This document shows, piece by piece, positions 29,431 to 39,527 of a stretch of 64,000 nucleotides of DNA; within the stretch, counting starts at the first letter, position 1; every line of letters starts with the position of its first letter. The stretch spans positions 12,086 through 76,085 of the forward strand of contig JAGFZV010000014.1 of assembly GCA_017889545.1 (NCBI GenBank), written 5' to 3'. The notes under the pieces are model-generated. The model was not told the DNA's origin. It was given only the letters and a program-made list of their open reading frames with translations, and did no database searches. Made by a program: the position numbers and the translations under genes. This DNA comes from Bacillota bacterium (GTDB taxonomy: Bacteria; Bacillota; Negativicutes; CTSoil-072).

Positions 29431-29853
29431 CTATAAAACAGCCTGTAGTAATAAATTTATATTGACCATAATACCAATGTCTTTGCTTACCTTCGCCTGC
29501 AAAGATTTATATTCTTCATTATTCAGTTTAGGGATTTTAACTTTGTGCCGTATTGCTGGCACTGCTTTTTCTTGGCTTGTACGGTTCTTCAACGGATTGA
29601 ATAATTCGCTAATCTTTTGGGCCGCCTCAAGTTCGTGTTGCCAAACATCCAGTTCTCCATTTTCATTATAGTAAGCATATGTTAAATAAACTTTTGCAAT
29701 ATCGGCTACACTCGCAACTTTATCGTGATGTACAATAGAAAACCAGGGAACATGTTTGCCTGCAAGGGCGGGAAATTTTCTGGTCATATCCGCCCCTACT
29801 CTAACAGCTCGGCCATCAATCAGCAGATAATTTTTCAGCTTCATACTGCACAT
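29431..29853 (-). CDS. Hypothetical protein
   Basis: 140-aa ORF downstream of the integrase; no family recognised. Confidence 0.5.
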   Translation of the reverse strand: MCSMKLKNYLLIDGRAVRVGADMTRKFPALAGKHVPWFSIVHHDKVASVADIAKVYLTYAYYNENGELDVWQHELEAAQKISELFNPLKNRTSQEKAVPAIRHKVKIPKLNNEEYKSLQAKVSKDIGIMVNINLLLQAVL

Positions 29854-30099
29854 CCCAACCTGTCATATCATTTCATAACATACATGACAATCAATGCCAA
29901 TGGTTTTATTTTAGCATAAACCATATAACCTTTGGTGTATATTTTAAATTTTAGCGCGGATGCGAAATGTCCATTATTTCCGCTATTAACAGCGGACCAT
30001 TCACTTCGAACAATTAATTAACTGTAATTTATTCGGAAATGAGCAGTTATAACCACTGATCCAACATTGGCATCTGCTCATTTCCATATTTTGATCCAA

Positions 30100-31332
30100 T
30101 TATTTTTCTGGCTCTTTGTGTGTCACAAATAACCCTTCCAAAGCTTTGCTTGCTGTTTCTTGCATATCCGGCAGCAAATGTGAATATGTATCCAGAGTCA
30201 TAACCACGGTGCTATGACCAAGCCGTTCCTGAACAATCTTCGGATTTACTCCCTGCAAAAGCAGCATGGTGGCGTGGGTATGCCGTAGGTCATGAAATTT
30301 AAAACTGGTATCGATTTCAGCTTGCCGGAGCATCTTCTTAAATGTCCGAGTAGTGAAATTACTCGTATCACAAACCCCACCAAACGTATTTGGGAATACC
30401 AAATTATCATCATGATATTTATCCCCAAGTGTTTGTTTGTATTCCTCCTGCCACTCTTTATGCAACCGAAGTTCCGCTGCAACGTCATTAGGCAAGGGTA
30501 TCTGCCGACGGCTTTTGGCAGTCTTTGGCTCTTGAAACGACTCTCCATTATATCCTTTGCGTCCGGTAATCAACGCCCGCCGTACATATACAATCCCTCT
30601 GTCAATATCAACGCTATCCCATTTCAACCCAAATACTTCACCTAACCGCATCCCTGTTGCCAGCGTCAACAATACGACCATATACGGAATTTTTCCAGTT
30701 TCTTTTGCTACTGCCGTCAGTTTTGTCGCTTGATCTTGTGTGAGCGGATGGATTTCCTCTTTGATAAGCTTCGGCGCTTCAGTTTGCTGAATTATGTTTT
30801 TGGTGAGCAAGCCGACTTTAACCGCCTGCCCCATCGCCATACTCAAATATCGCCGCACCGCCTTGACAGTGGATGTAGATATCCCTCGCTTTTCTTCTAT
30901 TTCGGTACCATCTTCCAATTTCTTTTTAAGAGGCCGTCCACCCTCCATCAGCAATTTATTGAACAATCTTTGCACATCTGGTGACTTTATTTCACCAATC
31001 GGCACTTTCCCAAGATAAGGTATTACATAGCAGCGCAGCGTTCCGGCATACTTGTCAAACGATTTTGGCCTAACTTTTGCTTTTACATAATCAGCCAACC
31101 ATCGCTCAATCCATTCCCCCAGGATCAATTTATCCGCATCAGGCAGCAAGCCATTTTTCAAATCTTTCAACCATATGCGACCCTTGCTCATTGCTTCCCT
31201 CTGGCTTTTCCCAGTAAACATACGGCGCTTTTTATCTCCAGACGCTTCATCCGCATAACTGAATCGTGCTTCCCAATATTTTTTTATTTTGTTATAACGC
31301 ACGGAGCCTTCGCCGTGACCTCTTTTTGCCAT
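30100..31332 (-). CDS. int: Tyrosine recombinase / integrase
   Basis: MAKRGHGEGS N-terminus, TGMRLGE, PKT, FHDLRHT, RLGHS, LDTYSH. Confidence 0.96.
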   Translation of the reverse strand: MAKRGHGEGSVRYNKIKKYWEARFSYADEASGDKKRRMFTGKSQREAMSKGRIWLKDLKNGLLPDADKLILGEWIERWLADYVKAKVRPKSFDKYAGTLRCYVIPYLGKVPIGEIKSPDVQRLFNKLLMEGGRPLKKKLEDGTEIEEKRGISTSTVKAVRRYLSMAMGQAVKVGLLTKNIIQQTEAPKLIKEEIHPLTQDQATKLTAVAKETGKIPYMVVLLTLATGMRLGEVFGLKWDSVDIDRGIVYVRRALITGRKGYNGESFQEPKTAKSRRQIPLPNDVAAELRLHKEWQEEYKQTLGDKYHDDNLVFPNTFGGVCDTSNFTTRTFKKMLRQAEIDTSFKFHDLRHTHATMLLLQGVNPKIVQERLGHSTVVMTLDTYSHLLPDMQETASKALEGLFVTHKEPEK

Positions 31333-31407
31333 GATAGCGTTCTCCTTTCTTAATAATTAGGAGAACGGCTGCACAATCCGCAACCCTTCTCCATTTCACC
31401 CGCTGGT

Positions 31408-31614
31408 TTACATGGTTTGCACCGATTGTGGACTAAGTAGGTTATCTATATACCATGATGGAATAAAAACCCTGCGCCCGACGTGGATCGACGGTATCTG
31501 CCCCTGCTTTAGCGCATGGTAAATACCCGATCGACTTAATGGCAGCGGCCCACCATTTTGTTTCAACAGTTCTAAGGGTTCGTAAAGTTTTTTATTTGCG
31601 AAATTCATGCACAC
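31408..31614 (-). CDS. Excisionase-like HTH protein
   Basis: LSRSGIYHALKQGQIPSIHVGRRVFIP; immediately upstream of int. Confidence 0.8.
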   Translation of the reverse strand: MCMNFANKKLYEPLELLKQNGGPLPLSRSGIYHALKQGQIPSIHVGRRVFIPSWYIDNLLSPQSVQTM

Positions 31615-31720
31615 ATCATCCTTTCAATTTTTTAAGCATACTCTTGGCACTCTGCATCACTGATAACAAATAACATTGGAAATTTTCCTTTTATCCGGTT
31701 TATTTACACAGCAAGCAATT

Positions 31721-33454
31721 TTAAGCTTGCACAAGTAATTGTTCCGGATCTGGTAATGTTGAAAAAGCATTATGGTACATATCTTCAAAATTATCCGGCA
31801 AAGATGCTTCTCCAATAGAAATTGGAGATATCACTTGTTGGATAGTGGGGGGCCGGTATTCCAAATCCTGCTCATTTATCGGTTCCGAAGATAATCTGTT
31901 GGGATTTAATAGCTCCTGATTAACTTCATACTGTTCTGAAGGTCTTCCAGGGCCTTCAGTTTCTTCCGTCTCAATAACGCGAATACAGCCTCTTTCGACA
32001 AGTAGTTCCAGCGGTTGCACCAGTACCCTTGCCTCCTTAAATATCACTCGCCCACGTAGCGCAGCGTGAATATCGCGGCGAGAAAATCTTTCAAGCCTTT
32101 TTGTTTGGATATAATCCCAAATTTCTGTGGCCATATCAATCACTGGATTTGCCCCCATTAACTCATAGGCTGCCACAGCGTGCTGCGACAAATAATCGCC
32201 AATCGCAATAGCGTTGCCCATCGTATCCAAACTAATTTCAGGCATTTCCGCTATGCTTACGTTGCTGTGCCTCACCAGATGTAAATTGGCAGCAATGCGC
32301 AGGACGGCACCGCACAGTTTCCCAGCCCAATCGGAAATACAGCTGAAATCACCAAATGGGCGCATCTTCGTTTCTACATCCAAGCGATATCTATTGAACC
32401 GTCTTCCCGCATCATGAGATAATCTGACTTCTTTGCCATTTTCAGTTGTTCCGCCAGTAGTCATACTTGATGTCAACAAAGACCGAATGACAGTATCATA
32501 GTTTGCGCGTACATCGACAGGTACAGAAGGCGGGTTAATAGCTCTATAGCCAATGGATGATGCGGGCAAAGAATACAGGAACCGCGCCAATAAACCTCTG
32601 CCCCGCAATCCAGGCTTGGTAATCAATCCTTTCAGTACGTCCGGCTGAATCGCAAGACCAATTGTCAATGCAGGCTTATTGATATATTCACTGGGGCGTC
32701 CCTTACGGTCCACTCTGATCGCATCACCGCTGTGAGCTTTCAATAGCACGTCTATGTTCGGTGTCCCCTTACCATTGCTATACATTCCGCCAACAATGAC
32801 ATTAAACAATGTTCCCTCTGCCGATAACACGGCCATCTTACCCGCTTGTTCATGCAATAGGCTTGTAAGCATTTCGGGAGTCACATCATCTGCAATACAT
32901 TTGGGTAAAACGGGCAAGTTAAATGCTGCCAACTCCTGCGTTACTGTATCCAATTCCATTTGAGTCGCAGCAGCGTCCGTTCCATTTTCACTGCGGCTAA
33001 GTTTTTTTATCAATTTCTCGATTTTTGCTTCCAATATTTTTTTTCGTATTTGCGCGGCCAAAACTATCTCTCTCATACTTGCCAATTGTTCTTGCTCGTG
33101 CCTCTGTAAAGGCTTTAAACACTCTTCAAACACACTGCTTTTTCGGTTCGCTGGCTCCATGGCAGCAGCAATATACAAATTAAGTGGTTCGGTCCAATCG
33201 TCAGAAAATCGAACAATCCAATTCTTTGCATTCACCGCCGCGGCAGTAGCAATAATAAGCAGCGCTGGAAGGTCTACCGGCGTCTGATAAGACAATGCAA
33301 GAGCATTTGCAAAAATCCGTAACGTTTCTGGCAATGATTCTATTGGAAAATCAGGCAATGTCTGCGACTGAAATGGCCTTGCACTGATGTTTTCTGATCC
33401 TTGAATTCCTTGTTGTTCCTGATTTTCTTCGATTTCTGATACATTATTATTCAT
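31721..33454 (-). CDS. YfjI / DUF3987 family replication helicase-like protein
   Basis: FPIESLP, EPLNLY, PANRKS, DDVTPE, DRKGR, RGLLARFL, C-terminal wHTH with GRPS; start at MNNNVS. Confidence 0.85.
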   Translation of the reverse strand: MNNNVSEIEENQEQQGIQGSENISARPFQSQTLPDFPIESLPETLRIFANALALSYQTPVDLPALLIIATAAAVNAKNWIVRFSDDWTEPLNLYIAAAMEPANRKSSVFEECLKPLQRHEQEQLASMREIVLAAQIRKKILEAKIEKLIKKLSRSENGTDAAATQMELDTVTQELAAFNLPVLPKCIADDVTPEMLTSLLHEQAGKMAVLSAEGTLFNVIVGGMYSNGKGTPNIDVLLKAHSGDAIRVDRKGRPSEYINKPALTIGLAIQPDVLKGLITKPGLRGRGLLARFLYSLPASSIGYRAINPPSVPVDVRANYDTVIRSLLTSSMTTGGTTENGKEVRLSHDAGRRFNRYRLDVETKMRPFGDFSCISDWAGKLCGAVLRIAANLHLVRHSNVSIAEMPEISLDTMGNAIAIGDYLSQHAVAAYELMGANPVIDMATEIWDYIQTKRLERFSRRDIHAALRGRVIFKEARVLVQPLELLVERGCIRVIETEETEGPGRPSEQYEVNQELLNPNRLSSEPINEQDLEYRPPTIQQVISPISIGEASLPDNFEDMYHNAFSTLPDPEQLLVQA

Positions 33455-33455
33455 C

Positions 33456-34373
33456 CTATTTATCCTCCTGCATATAACAATTATCTGTATTTTCAATAGC
33501 CCATGAAATAAGGGCTGCACCATAAGTTCGGCCATCCGCATACCGTATACTATCCCACTTTTCGCGATAAAGGCCGGAAGCACGAAATATTCTATCCGTC
33601 TGCTCTGCATTCCAGCCGGTCCAGAACGCCAGCATGCAACAGAATGCGGCATCGGCTTCACTCTGCGACGGGTAATTATCCCAATCCCCGGAATAAAGGT
33701 CTTCGAAGGATTCACCATTTGCTGCGTAAGATGCGATCTCAACTAATTCGGCGTCGTCCAATTCCATACTACGACGTCGTTTACTTTGCTGAACAAACTC
33801 GGCCTGGCCTATAGAATATTTCTTTGGCTTTATATATTCCCGATGAATTGCTGCAACTTGTTCGTGCCGGTCACATATTTGCAGCGGACTGCCTTCGAGA
33901 TGGTTTCCAGTAATGGTCAAAAAGCGGCCGGAATCATACATCTCAACGCCATTTGCTGTATTCTTTCTTCCTGCTGGCGGAAGTTCCCCGAACAGCATGA
34001 TCCGGATACCGTGCCCGGATGGAGAAATTTCAGTGTAACTTGAAGCAACGTGAATAATCCTCTGTGCCAATGTTGAAATCTGCCCGTCACTAATGCAATC
34101 GTCAATGTCGATGCCAACCAGATCGTCATCAGCAGATAACGCAATCATTATGCCCGCTATCTTTTTGTGCGAACGCATACATACAAGGGCTTGGTTGTAT
34201 GTTGCCCAAGTTCTGGAATCGTTGGATTTTGCCCCGCACCCTGTAATAGGGCTGATGGGAATTTTGTTAAACTTTCTTCGACTTTCATCCCAAACTTTTT
34301 TGTAACAAACCCAGCGGGTCTCATCAATGAATTGGTTGAAAACCGACGATATTTTATTGAGATTTGAATTCAT
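33456..34373 (-). CDS. Primase-polymerase (AEP / NrS-1-like) with a helical bundle domain
   Basis: RWVCY, KIP, GIDIDDC, YTEISPSGHGIR, EMYDSGRFLTITG, SQSEADAA, SGLYREKW. Confidence 0.88.
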   Translation of the reverse strand: MNSNLNKISSVFNQFIDETRWVCYKKVWDESRRKFNKIPISPITGCGAKSNDSRTWATYNQALVCMRSHKKIAGIMIALSADDDLVGIDIDDCISDGQISTLAQRIIHVASSYTEISPSGHGIRIMLFGELPPAGRKNTANGVEMYDSGRFLTITGNHLEGSPLQICDRHEQVAAIHREYIKPKKYSIGQAEFVQQSKRRRSMELDDAELVEIASYAANGESFEDLYSGDWDNYPSQSEADAAFCCMLAFWTGWNAEQTDRIFRASGLYREKWDSIRYADGRTYGAALISWAIENTDNCYMQEDK

Positions 34374-34671
34374 ATTTACCTCCACTTAAATGTTTATTTA
34401 GTTTTCATAGGAGCCGCACAAAAAACACAAAATAGCATTACAACATTTTCCAAACACCCTTATGGTATTTGTTGCGCAAGGATCCCTTTGCAACAATTAT
34501 CCGCCCACAACTCTCAGATTATTTCATTATTCACCCCTTTCTTGCCAAAAGACCTACTTCTCGGTTTATTCATGTTGATACAACCTTTGCGTTTCCAGTA
34601 CAAATATATTGTAATATTTCCCTTGAAATCGCAGTGATGTCAGTTTATGATTACAAGAAGGAGGGATTGAA

Positions 34672-35754
34672 ATGAACTTGAAAACTAATTATCAAATTGG
34701 CGGTTCCACCGTTACTTTTGCTGCTCTGGAGTGGTCTGTTTATGGAAATTATGAAATCATAAATGTTGTTAAATATATAGAAAGACAAAATAAACAAGCG
34801 CAACAGCGCTTATTAAATATTGAGCCGGATTTTTCTGAATTAGTGCACGAATATCTATCGGATGTGTTCGTAATTGTTCCAAATTATCAAGCTCCATCGT
34901 CCACATACAACCCGCTCAAATATAAAGCTACAATCATGTTGGCATTAATGAAATCATGTCAGACAGGCAGTTATTTATCAGCTGATGATTTTTCTGATGA
35001 ACAAATCATTGCATGGGCCAGGGAATTTGGATTACCTTTTAATATTCCGTATTATCCCCACTACAATTTTGGCGGGATGGAAAACGAATTAAATGACACG
35101 GATACTTTGATTGGTGTAGCTTATCGCTTTGAAATGATTTTGTATCAAGCTTTCGAACATTATGTCATGTTTCGACAATCATTCCAGGCCTTGATGAGGG
35201 AGGCAATCAATTTAGTCAAAGGTTACACCGCTTTTTCCAGTAATAAATATGATGAAATGATTGAGGCTTTTTCTTTTTTAGCAAGTTCCAAAGATGCTGC
35301 TCCCATGTGGGATATATTGAATGGCGTTGCTGCCGATTTTCCTGCCGCAGAACTGAATAATTATATACGAGAAACTTTGGCCTCACTTTTATCACAGCAT
35401 ATTTCCGGTTATTTAAATTTTGTTTCCCCTGTTATGTTGCAAACTTCTTCCCGGACAAACTTATCAAATATAATATTTGCACCCACTTGGATGGTTCCAA
35501 ATCTATGGACAGCCCTGATCGTTCAGCTTTACGAATCAATGATCAGAAACCAGCCCTTTAAAAAATGTGAATATTGCGGCACAGAATTCGAGGCTACTGA
35601 TCCAAGAATGCGGTTTTGTCCTAGAACGCAAAGTGTAAACGGCAATGTAATTGTTGTAAAAAACGAACGAAGTTATTGCCAGAATATGGCCAAAGTAAAG
35701 TCATTTAGGGAAAAAAAGAGAATGGCTTCAGCTGCATCGACAACTAGCAACTGA
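34672..35754 (+). CDS. Hypothetical protein with a C-terminal CGNR-like zinc ribbon; candidate regulator
   Basis: KKCEYCGTEF...RFCP...YCQNMAKVKSFR; divergent from the replication operon. Confidence 0.6.
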   Translation: MNLKTNYQIGGSTVTFAALEWSVYGNYEIINVVKYIERQNKQAQQRLLNIEPDFSELVHEYLSDVFVIVPNYQAPSSTYNPLKYKATIMLALMKSCQTGSYLSADDFSDEQIIAWAREFGLPFNIPYYPHYNFGGMENELNDTDTLIGVAYRFEMILYQAFEHYVMFRQSFQALMREAINLVKGYTAFSSNKYDEMIEAFSFLASSKDAAPMWDILNGVAADFPAAELNNYIRETLASLLSQHISGYLNFVSPVMLQTSSRTNLSNIIFAPTWMVPNLWTALIVQLYESMIRNQPFKKCEYCGTEFEATDPRMRFCPRTQSVNGNVIVVKNERSYCQNMAKVKSFREKKRMASAASTTSN

Positions 35755-35780
35755 TCACCTTTCTCTTTTAATCATAAAAC

Positions 35781-35981
35781 TTATTTGGTACCAACTTCCA
35801 ACCACTTGCGCAAAGAATCCCGATATATTTTGTTGCTTTTCCCTATTTGGACTTTAGGAAAGCCCTCCTGATTAACCAACGCATAAGCGGTTGCCGTGCC
35901 TATCTCAAGAATTTCACATAAATCTTTAATCGACAATATTAAAGGGATGTCTTCCCACACCACCCTGCTTTTATGCCTCAT
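35781..35981 (-). CDS. HTH_17 excisionase-like protein
   Basis: PLILSIKDLCEILEIGTATAYALV...FPKVQIG. Confidence 0.8.
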   Translation of the reverse strand: MRHKSRVVWEDIPLILSIKDLCEILEIGTATAYALVNQEGFPKVQIGKSNKIYRDSLRKWLEVGTK

Positions 35982-36285
35982 CAACCTCGTCCTCCAAATC
36001 AGCATACCGAAATAATACTAATAAAGCCTTAATTGACGGAAGTTTTTCAGCATAATCAAAAGAATCTCTTCCCATAAAATCTTGTTTATTTGCATCGGCT
36101 TTATAATGGAGTAATAGCCTGATCATTGGAATATCATTATTTTTGACGGCGGCCATTAGGGGGGTAATTTTTTCAGTTGCATTGTTCACACTGTCAGGAT
36201 TCAATTTCTCAAGCAACAGTTTTTTGACTTTTTGGGCATCACCGGATTCCACGGCGAGGAATAATTGTTTTTCTAACTTGCGCAT
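35971..36285 (-). CDS. Ankyrin-repeat protein
   Basis: LFLAVESGD, TPLMAAVKNND..MIRLLL..ADAN. Confidence 0.85.
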   Translation of the reverse strand: MRKLEKQLFLAVESGDAQKVKKLLLEKLNPDSVNNATEKITPLMAAVKNNDIPMIRLLLHYKADANKQDFMGRDSFDYAEKLPSIKALLVLFRYADLEDEVDEA

Positions 36286-36887
36286 TCAGCCAATACCTCT
36301 CTTATAATTTTATTGAAAATCATGCTTTTTTTTCGGTTATAACCATATGTCAGCCATGGATATCGTATGTCAAAATCAGCAAGCCGCTGATAATATCTTT
36401 CCGGCACTTTAATTTTCATTAGCTTTCCCCATTGATCCAAATCATATCGCTTTGCGATTGCTTTCAATACCACCTTTTTTATCGGGGCTCTCGGCAATTC
36501 ATATCGATCATACGCGGCTAATAAATCATACTCTTTATTTATTACTATCAAATCACTAGCTGCAAACTTAGCCGCATTGGCTGCTGTACAATCAGGATTA
36601 TAATGCGCCAAAAGTTCAATGGCTTCCGGGGTCACAGCACAGATCAAAGCTCGACCAACAATTTCAGGGTCATTGCCCATCCCCGATTGAAGTAATACTT
36701 CTGCGACTCCCAAATAGTTTCTCTCCACAGCAGCATACAAAGCGTTGTAATGATCGAATTCTATATATGGGTCTGCACCCAAATCAAGAAACTTTTTCAC
36801 TTCAGCTACGTTTCCACCATCGCTTGCGCAATACAAATTATCATTAAGCTGTCTCTGTTTCGTTTTTAGCTTGTCACGATTGCTCAT
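36273..36887 (-). CDS. Ankyrin-repeat protein
   Basis: ASDGGNVAEVKKFLDLGADP, ALYAAVERNYLGVAEVLL. Confidence 0.75.
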   Translation of the reverse strand: MSNRDKLKTKQRQLNDNLYCASDGGNVAEVKKFLDLGADPYIEFDHYNALYAAVERNYLGVAEVLLQSGMGNDPEIVGRALICAVTPEAIELLAHYNPDCTAANAAKFAASDLIVINKEYDLLAAYDRYELPRAPIKKVVLKAIAKRYDLDQWGKLMKIKVPERYYQRLADFDIRYPWLTYGYNRKKSMIFNKIIREVLAECAS

Positions 36888-36931
36888 TTAACATCTACTC
36901 CCATTACTTATTGCCGATTTTTCTCGTGCGG

Positions 36932-37519
36932 TTACTCTGTCGCCTCATACGCCTCCTCTTCCGGAAAGGCCAGTTTATTATTCAATTTCTTGACTTGTTT
37001 ATAGATCAAAGATGGTCTTACCCGAAGCCTGACATCCAACTCTTCCATCGGATCATCAAAAGGAATTTTTGCCAGCGAAGCATCCACCATTTTCGTCGCC
37101 TCCACCGTCAAAACTTCGTCAATGCTCTGGGGCAAGCCAGGATTGCCTATTTTGCCATTTAAACCGACAATTTTCAGCAATTCGATGGCTGCCTTGAGAT
37201 CACCAGATTCGATAGCCTGTTCCAAGACATCCACAGATTTATCTACAAGACCGCGCAACCGTTGTTTACTATTGCCCCATAACTCGGCCCGATACTTACT
37301 GATAGCCGAAACAAAATACGGGTTTTTTTGCCAGACCCACAACTGATGTCTTGAAATTCCAGCGGTATCTGCCACTTCTTGCACTTTTTTTCCGAAAGCC
37401 AACAGCTCTGCAGCGTTCATTTGCTTTACCGTCAAGCCATTTTCCAATCGTGCATTTTGTGATTTTTGGGGATCTTTCGTTATCGTTGTATTTTCACAGT
37501 TTGTTGCCTTTTCTGCCAT
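36932..37519 (-). CDS. HTH protein resembling small-terminase-like (phBC6A51-type) DNA-binding proteins
   Basis: LTVKQMNAAELL, EVADTAGISRHQLWVWQKNPYF, GDLKAAIELL. Confidence 0.6.
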   Translation of the reverse strand: MAEKATNCENTTITKDPQKSQNARLENGLTVKQMNAAELLAFGKKVQEVADTAGISRHQLWVWQKNPYFVSAISKYRAELWGNSKQRLRGLVDKSVDVLEQAIESGDLKAAIELLKIVGLNGKIGNPGLPQSIDEVLTVEATKMVDASLAKIPFDDPMEELDVRLRVRPSLIYKQVKKLNNKLAFPEEEAYEATE

Positions 37520-37746
37520 ATCCTCTCATTTCCTTGCATAATTATTCTTTTCTAATTATTATTATACCTGAATTTATCTTCTTGTTTAAAAATACTGAAA
37601 ATAATTTTATTTTCTAATTTAGTAATATTAAGGCTGCGCGAATCTACTCTTCCCAGTTAAATCAGCTTTTTCTCTTTGAGCAAAAACAGAGTCGGTCAGG
37701 AAGTATTGTTCTTCTAAACCGGCTCTGCTTTCGTCATACAGCAAGA

Positions 37747-38340
37747 TTACGCTACATTTTTTCTTTGACACTGCATGCATAAAGGTCGCTTGTATTTACT
37801 GACCGATACTTTGAGCACTCCAGCACTAATCGGAGCGCCGCAATCGTTACAAATCTCATTTGCCTTCTCCGGTTGGGCTTGTTTTACTTTTTCTTCATGA
37901 GTTCCACTATTGCGCTCATCCACTCCTGCATCAGCTTCTGGATCATCGCCTGTGCTAATGTTTAGCGTCATCATCCAAGCATACTTTAATGAAGCAGTAG
38001 CCGCTTTCATCACTGCCTTATCACCAACATCCTGACCGCTGCCTATGCCGACAACAGAAACGCTTTCGCCAGATTCGCAGTCAATCAAGGTCAACGTCGT
38101 CCTGATCGTCGCTAGGTGTTCCGTATTTCCTTTAAGGTTCGTCACGTCCCGCAATTCTAGCAATTCCGGTACGGATATCACGGCTACACGGTTTTTTACA
38201 AGCGATGTGTTTACTTTTTCCAATACATCCGCCGCTGTCGCATACTTATAGCGGTGAAAATCATTATTCCCTGACTTCTGCACATAGGCGCATTCGGCCA
38301 TAATGCATACCAACTTGGCAGCAATGTTCTTCATGTTCAT
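37747..38340 (-). CDS. ERF-family single-strand annealing protein with a C-terminal Zn ribbon
   Basis: KSGNNDFHRYKYA, GSGQDVGDKAVMKAATASLKY, GDDPE, CNDC...CMQC. Confidence 0.88.
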   Translation of the reverse strand: MNMKNIAAKLVCIMAECAYVQKSGNNDFHRYKYATAADVLEKVNTSLVKNRVAVISVPELLELRDVTNLKGNTEHLATIRTTLTLIDCESGESVSVVGIGSGQDVGDKAVMKAATASLKYAWMMTLNISTGDDPEADAGVDERNSGTHEEKVKQAQPEKANEICNDCGAPISAGVLKVSVSKYKRPLCMQCQRKNVA

Positions 38341-38349
38341 TCCCTCCTT

Positions 38350-39243
38350 CTACGCCACTTCGGTGTTGTTCTTCGAACCCAAGGTCAATGCGTGGCTGCA
38401 GGCTCCCGCAACATCGCAATATCTCTGGCATTTCCGATCCTGCCAACGCTCTTTCGCAGAACAGATGGGCGGCAGTTTCTGCTCTGACAGTGCATCTCTT
38501 AATCGCTGGGCCTTCGTATTGAAGTATCTCTTTACCCACTGATCACTGATCCGGTTGATCGGCAACAGATAGACCGATTGGTCCACATTTCGGCGTGCAG
38601 CCACTTCCAATCCCGCGTCGCGGATCATCATCTGAATGATCATCCGTTCAACCGGATAACCTGCTTGTTCCAGCAATACGCGATAGCCGTTTAACTGCAG
38701 ACGCCAATCCTGAATGCCTTTGCGCACGCCGTCTTCTTGCCATTCTTTGCGGGTTTTAGGCTGTCCCTTACGTATACCACTTTTAAAGATTTCTTTCGTT
38801 TCGACCTCGACAGCATATTTCCCCAAGGCCAGCATGCCTTTATAAGATGACGTAACTTTGTAATCACCCAATGTAAGCATGCCATCGCCCAGAACATCGC
38901 CATACAAATCAAACATACCGGAAATATCTTCTTCCCGCAGGCGAACTTCGGACAGCAGATCCTCCGCATTTTGTTCGAATTTCGCGTGAACTTCTGAACC
39001 GTTCAGAGCCAGCATTCGATCCTGCGGAGCAGCGGCATATTCCACAGTCTTCTTCAAATAGGTTTCTCTGGTTCCGGCAATCAGTTCAGTAATCGTAAAT
39101 CCCTCTATTTGACGGTTTTCTGAATTTGCGATTGCTCGGAGAGTCGGCAGAAACAAGCACCGCGATCCCATACGGCAGTTCTCGATGCAAGCAGAGATTT
39201 CATGGATGCTACCATCCGGGCAAATAAACCACCTTGCTGGCAT
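38350..39243 (-). CDS. PD-(D/E)XK (Cas4/AddB-like) exonuclease
   Basis: GSEVH, EVRL, SGMFDLY, GDYK, QLNGY, C-terminal CQRYCDVAGAC. Confidence 0.8.
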   Translation of the reverse strand: MPARWFICPDGSIHEISACIENCRMGSRCLFLPTLRAIANSENRQIEGFTITELIAGTRETYLKKTVEYAAAPQDRMLALNGSEVHAKFEQNAEDLLSEVRLREEDISGMFDLYGDVLGDGMLTLGDYKVTSSYKGMLALGKYAVEVETKEIFKSGIRKGQPKTRKEWQEDGVRKGIQDWRLQLNGYRVLLEQAGYPVERMIIQMMIRDAGLEVAARRNVDQSVYLLPINRISDQWVKRYFNTKAQRLRDALSEQKLPPICSAKERWQDRKCQRYCDVAGACSHALTLGSKNNTEVA

Positions 39244-39245
39244 GG

Positions 39246-39515
39246 TTACGCCGCCTCCTTCGATTGCTGCGCTGGCTTCGGCTGTGATACGGTAATTGAA
39301 ACTTCCGCATCTTTTTGCATATCGTCCTGCGGTTCACCAAGAATTTTCAACAGATCGAGCAAGCCGACCGTCAGCCTCGCTGCCTGTTTTACGCTGAGCG
39401 TACAATTGATGCACGTTCCATTTTGTTTGTTATTTAAGGAAATATTCACCGTATCTTGCAAATTAGACAGTCTAATTTCCAGTGGTTGATACGCCATGCA
39501 ATCAGTTACAAGCAC
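39246..39515 (-). CDS. Hypothetical protein
   Basis: Tightly packed in the operon, with an RBS. Confidence 0.55.
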   Translation of the reverse strand: MLVTDCMAYQPLEIRLSNLQDTVNISLNNKQNGTCINCTLSVKQAARLTVGLLDLLKILGEPQDDMQKDAEVSITVSQPKPAQQSKEAA

Positions 39516-39527
39516 ATTGATCCCTCC

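Noticed and set aside
33455-33742. Extended N-terminus of the DUF3987 ORF
   Set aside because: It overlaps the primase 3' end; the RBS supports a start at 33454
38350-39243. Cas4 / CRISPR-Cas system
   Set aside because: No repeat-spacer array or other cas genes were seen; the ERF context indicates a recombination exonuclease
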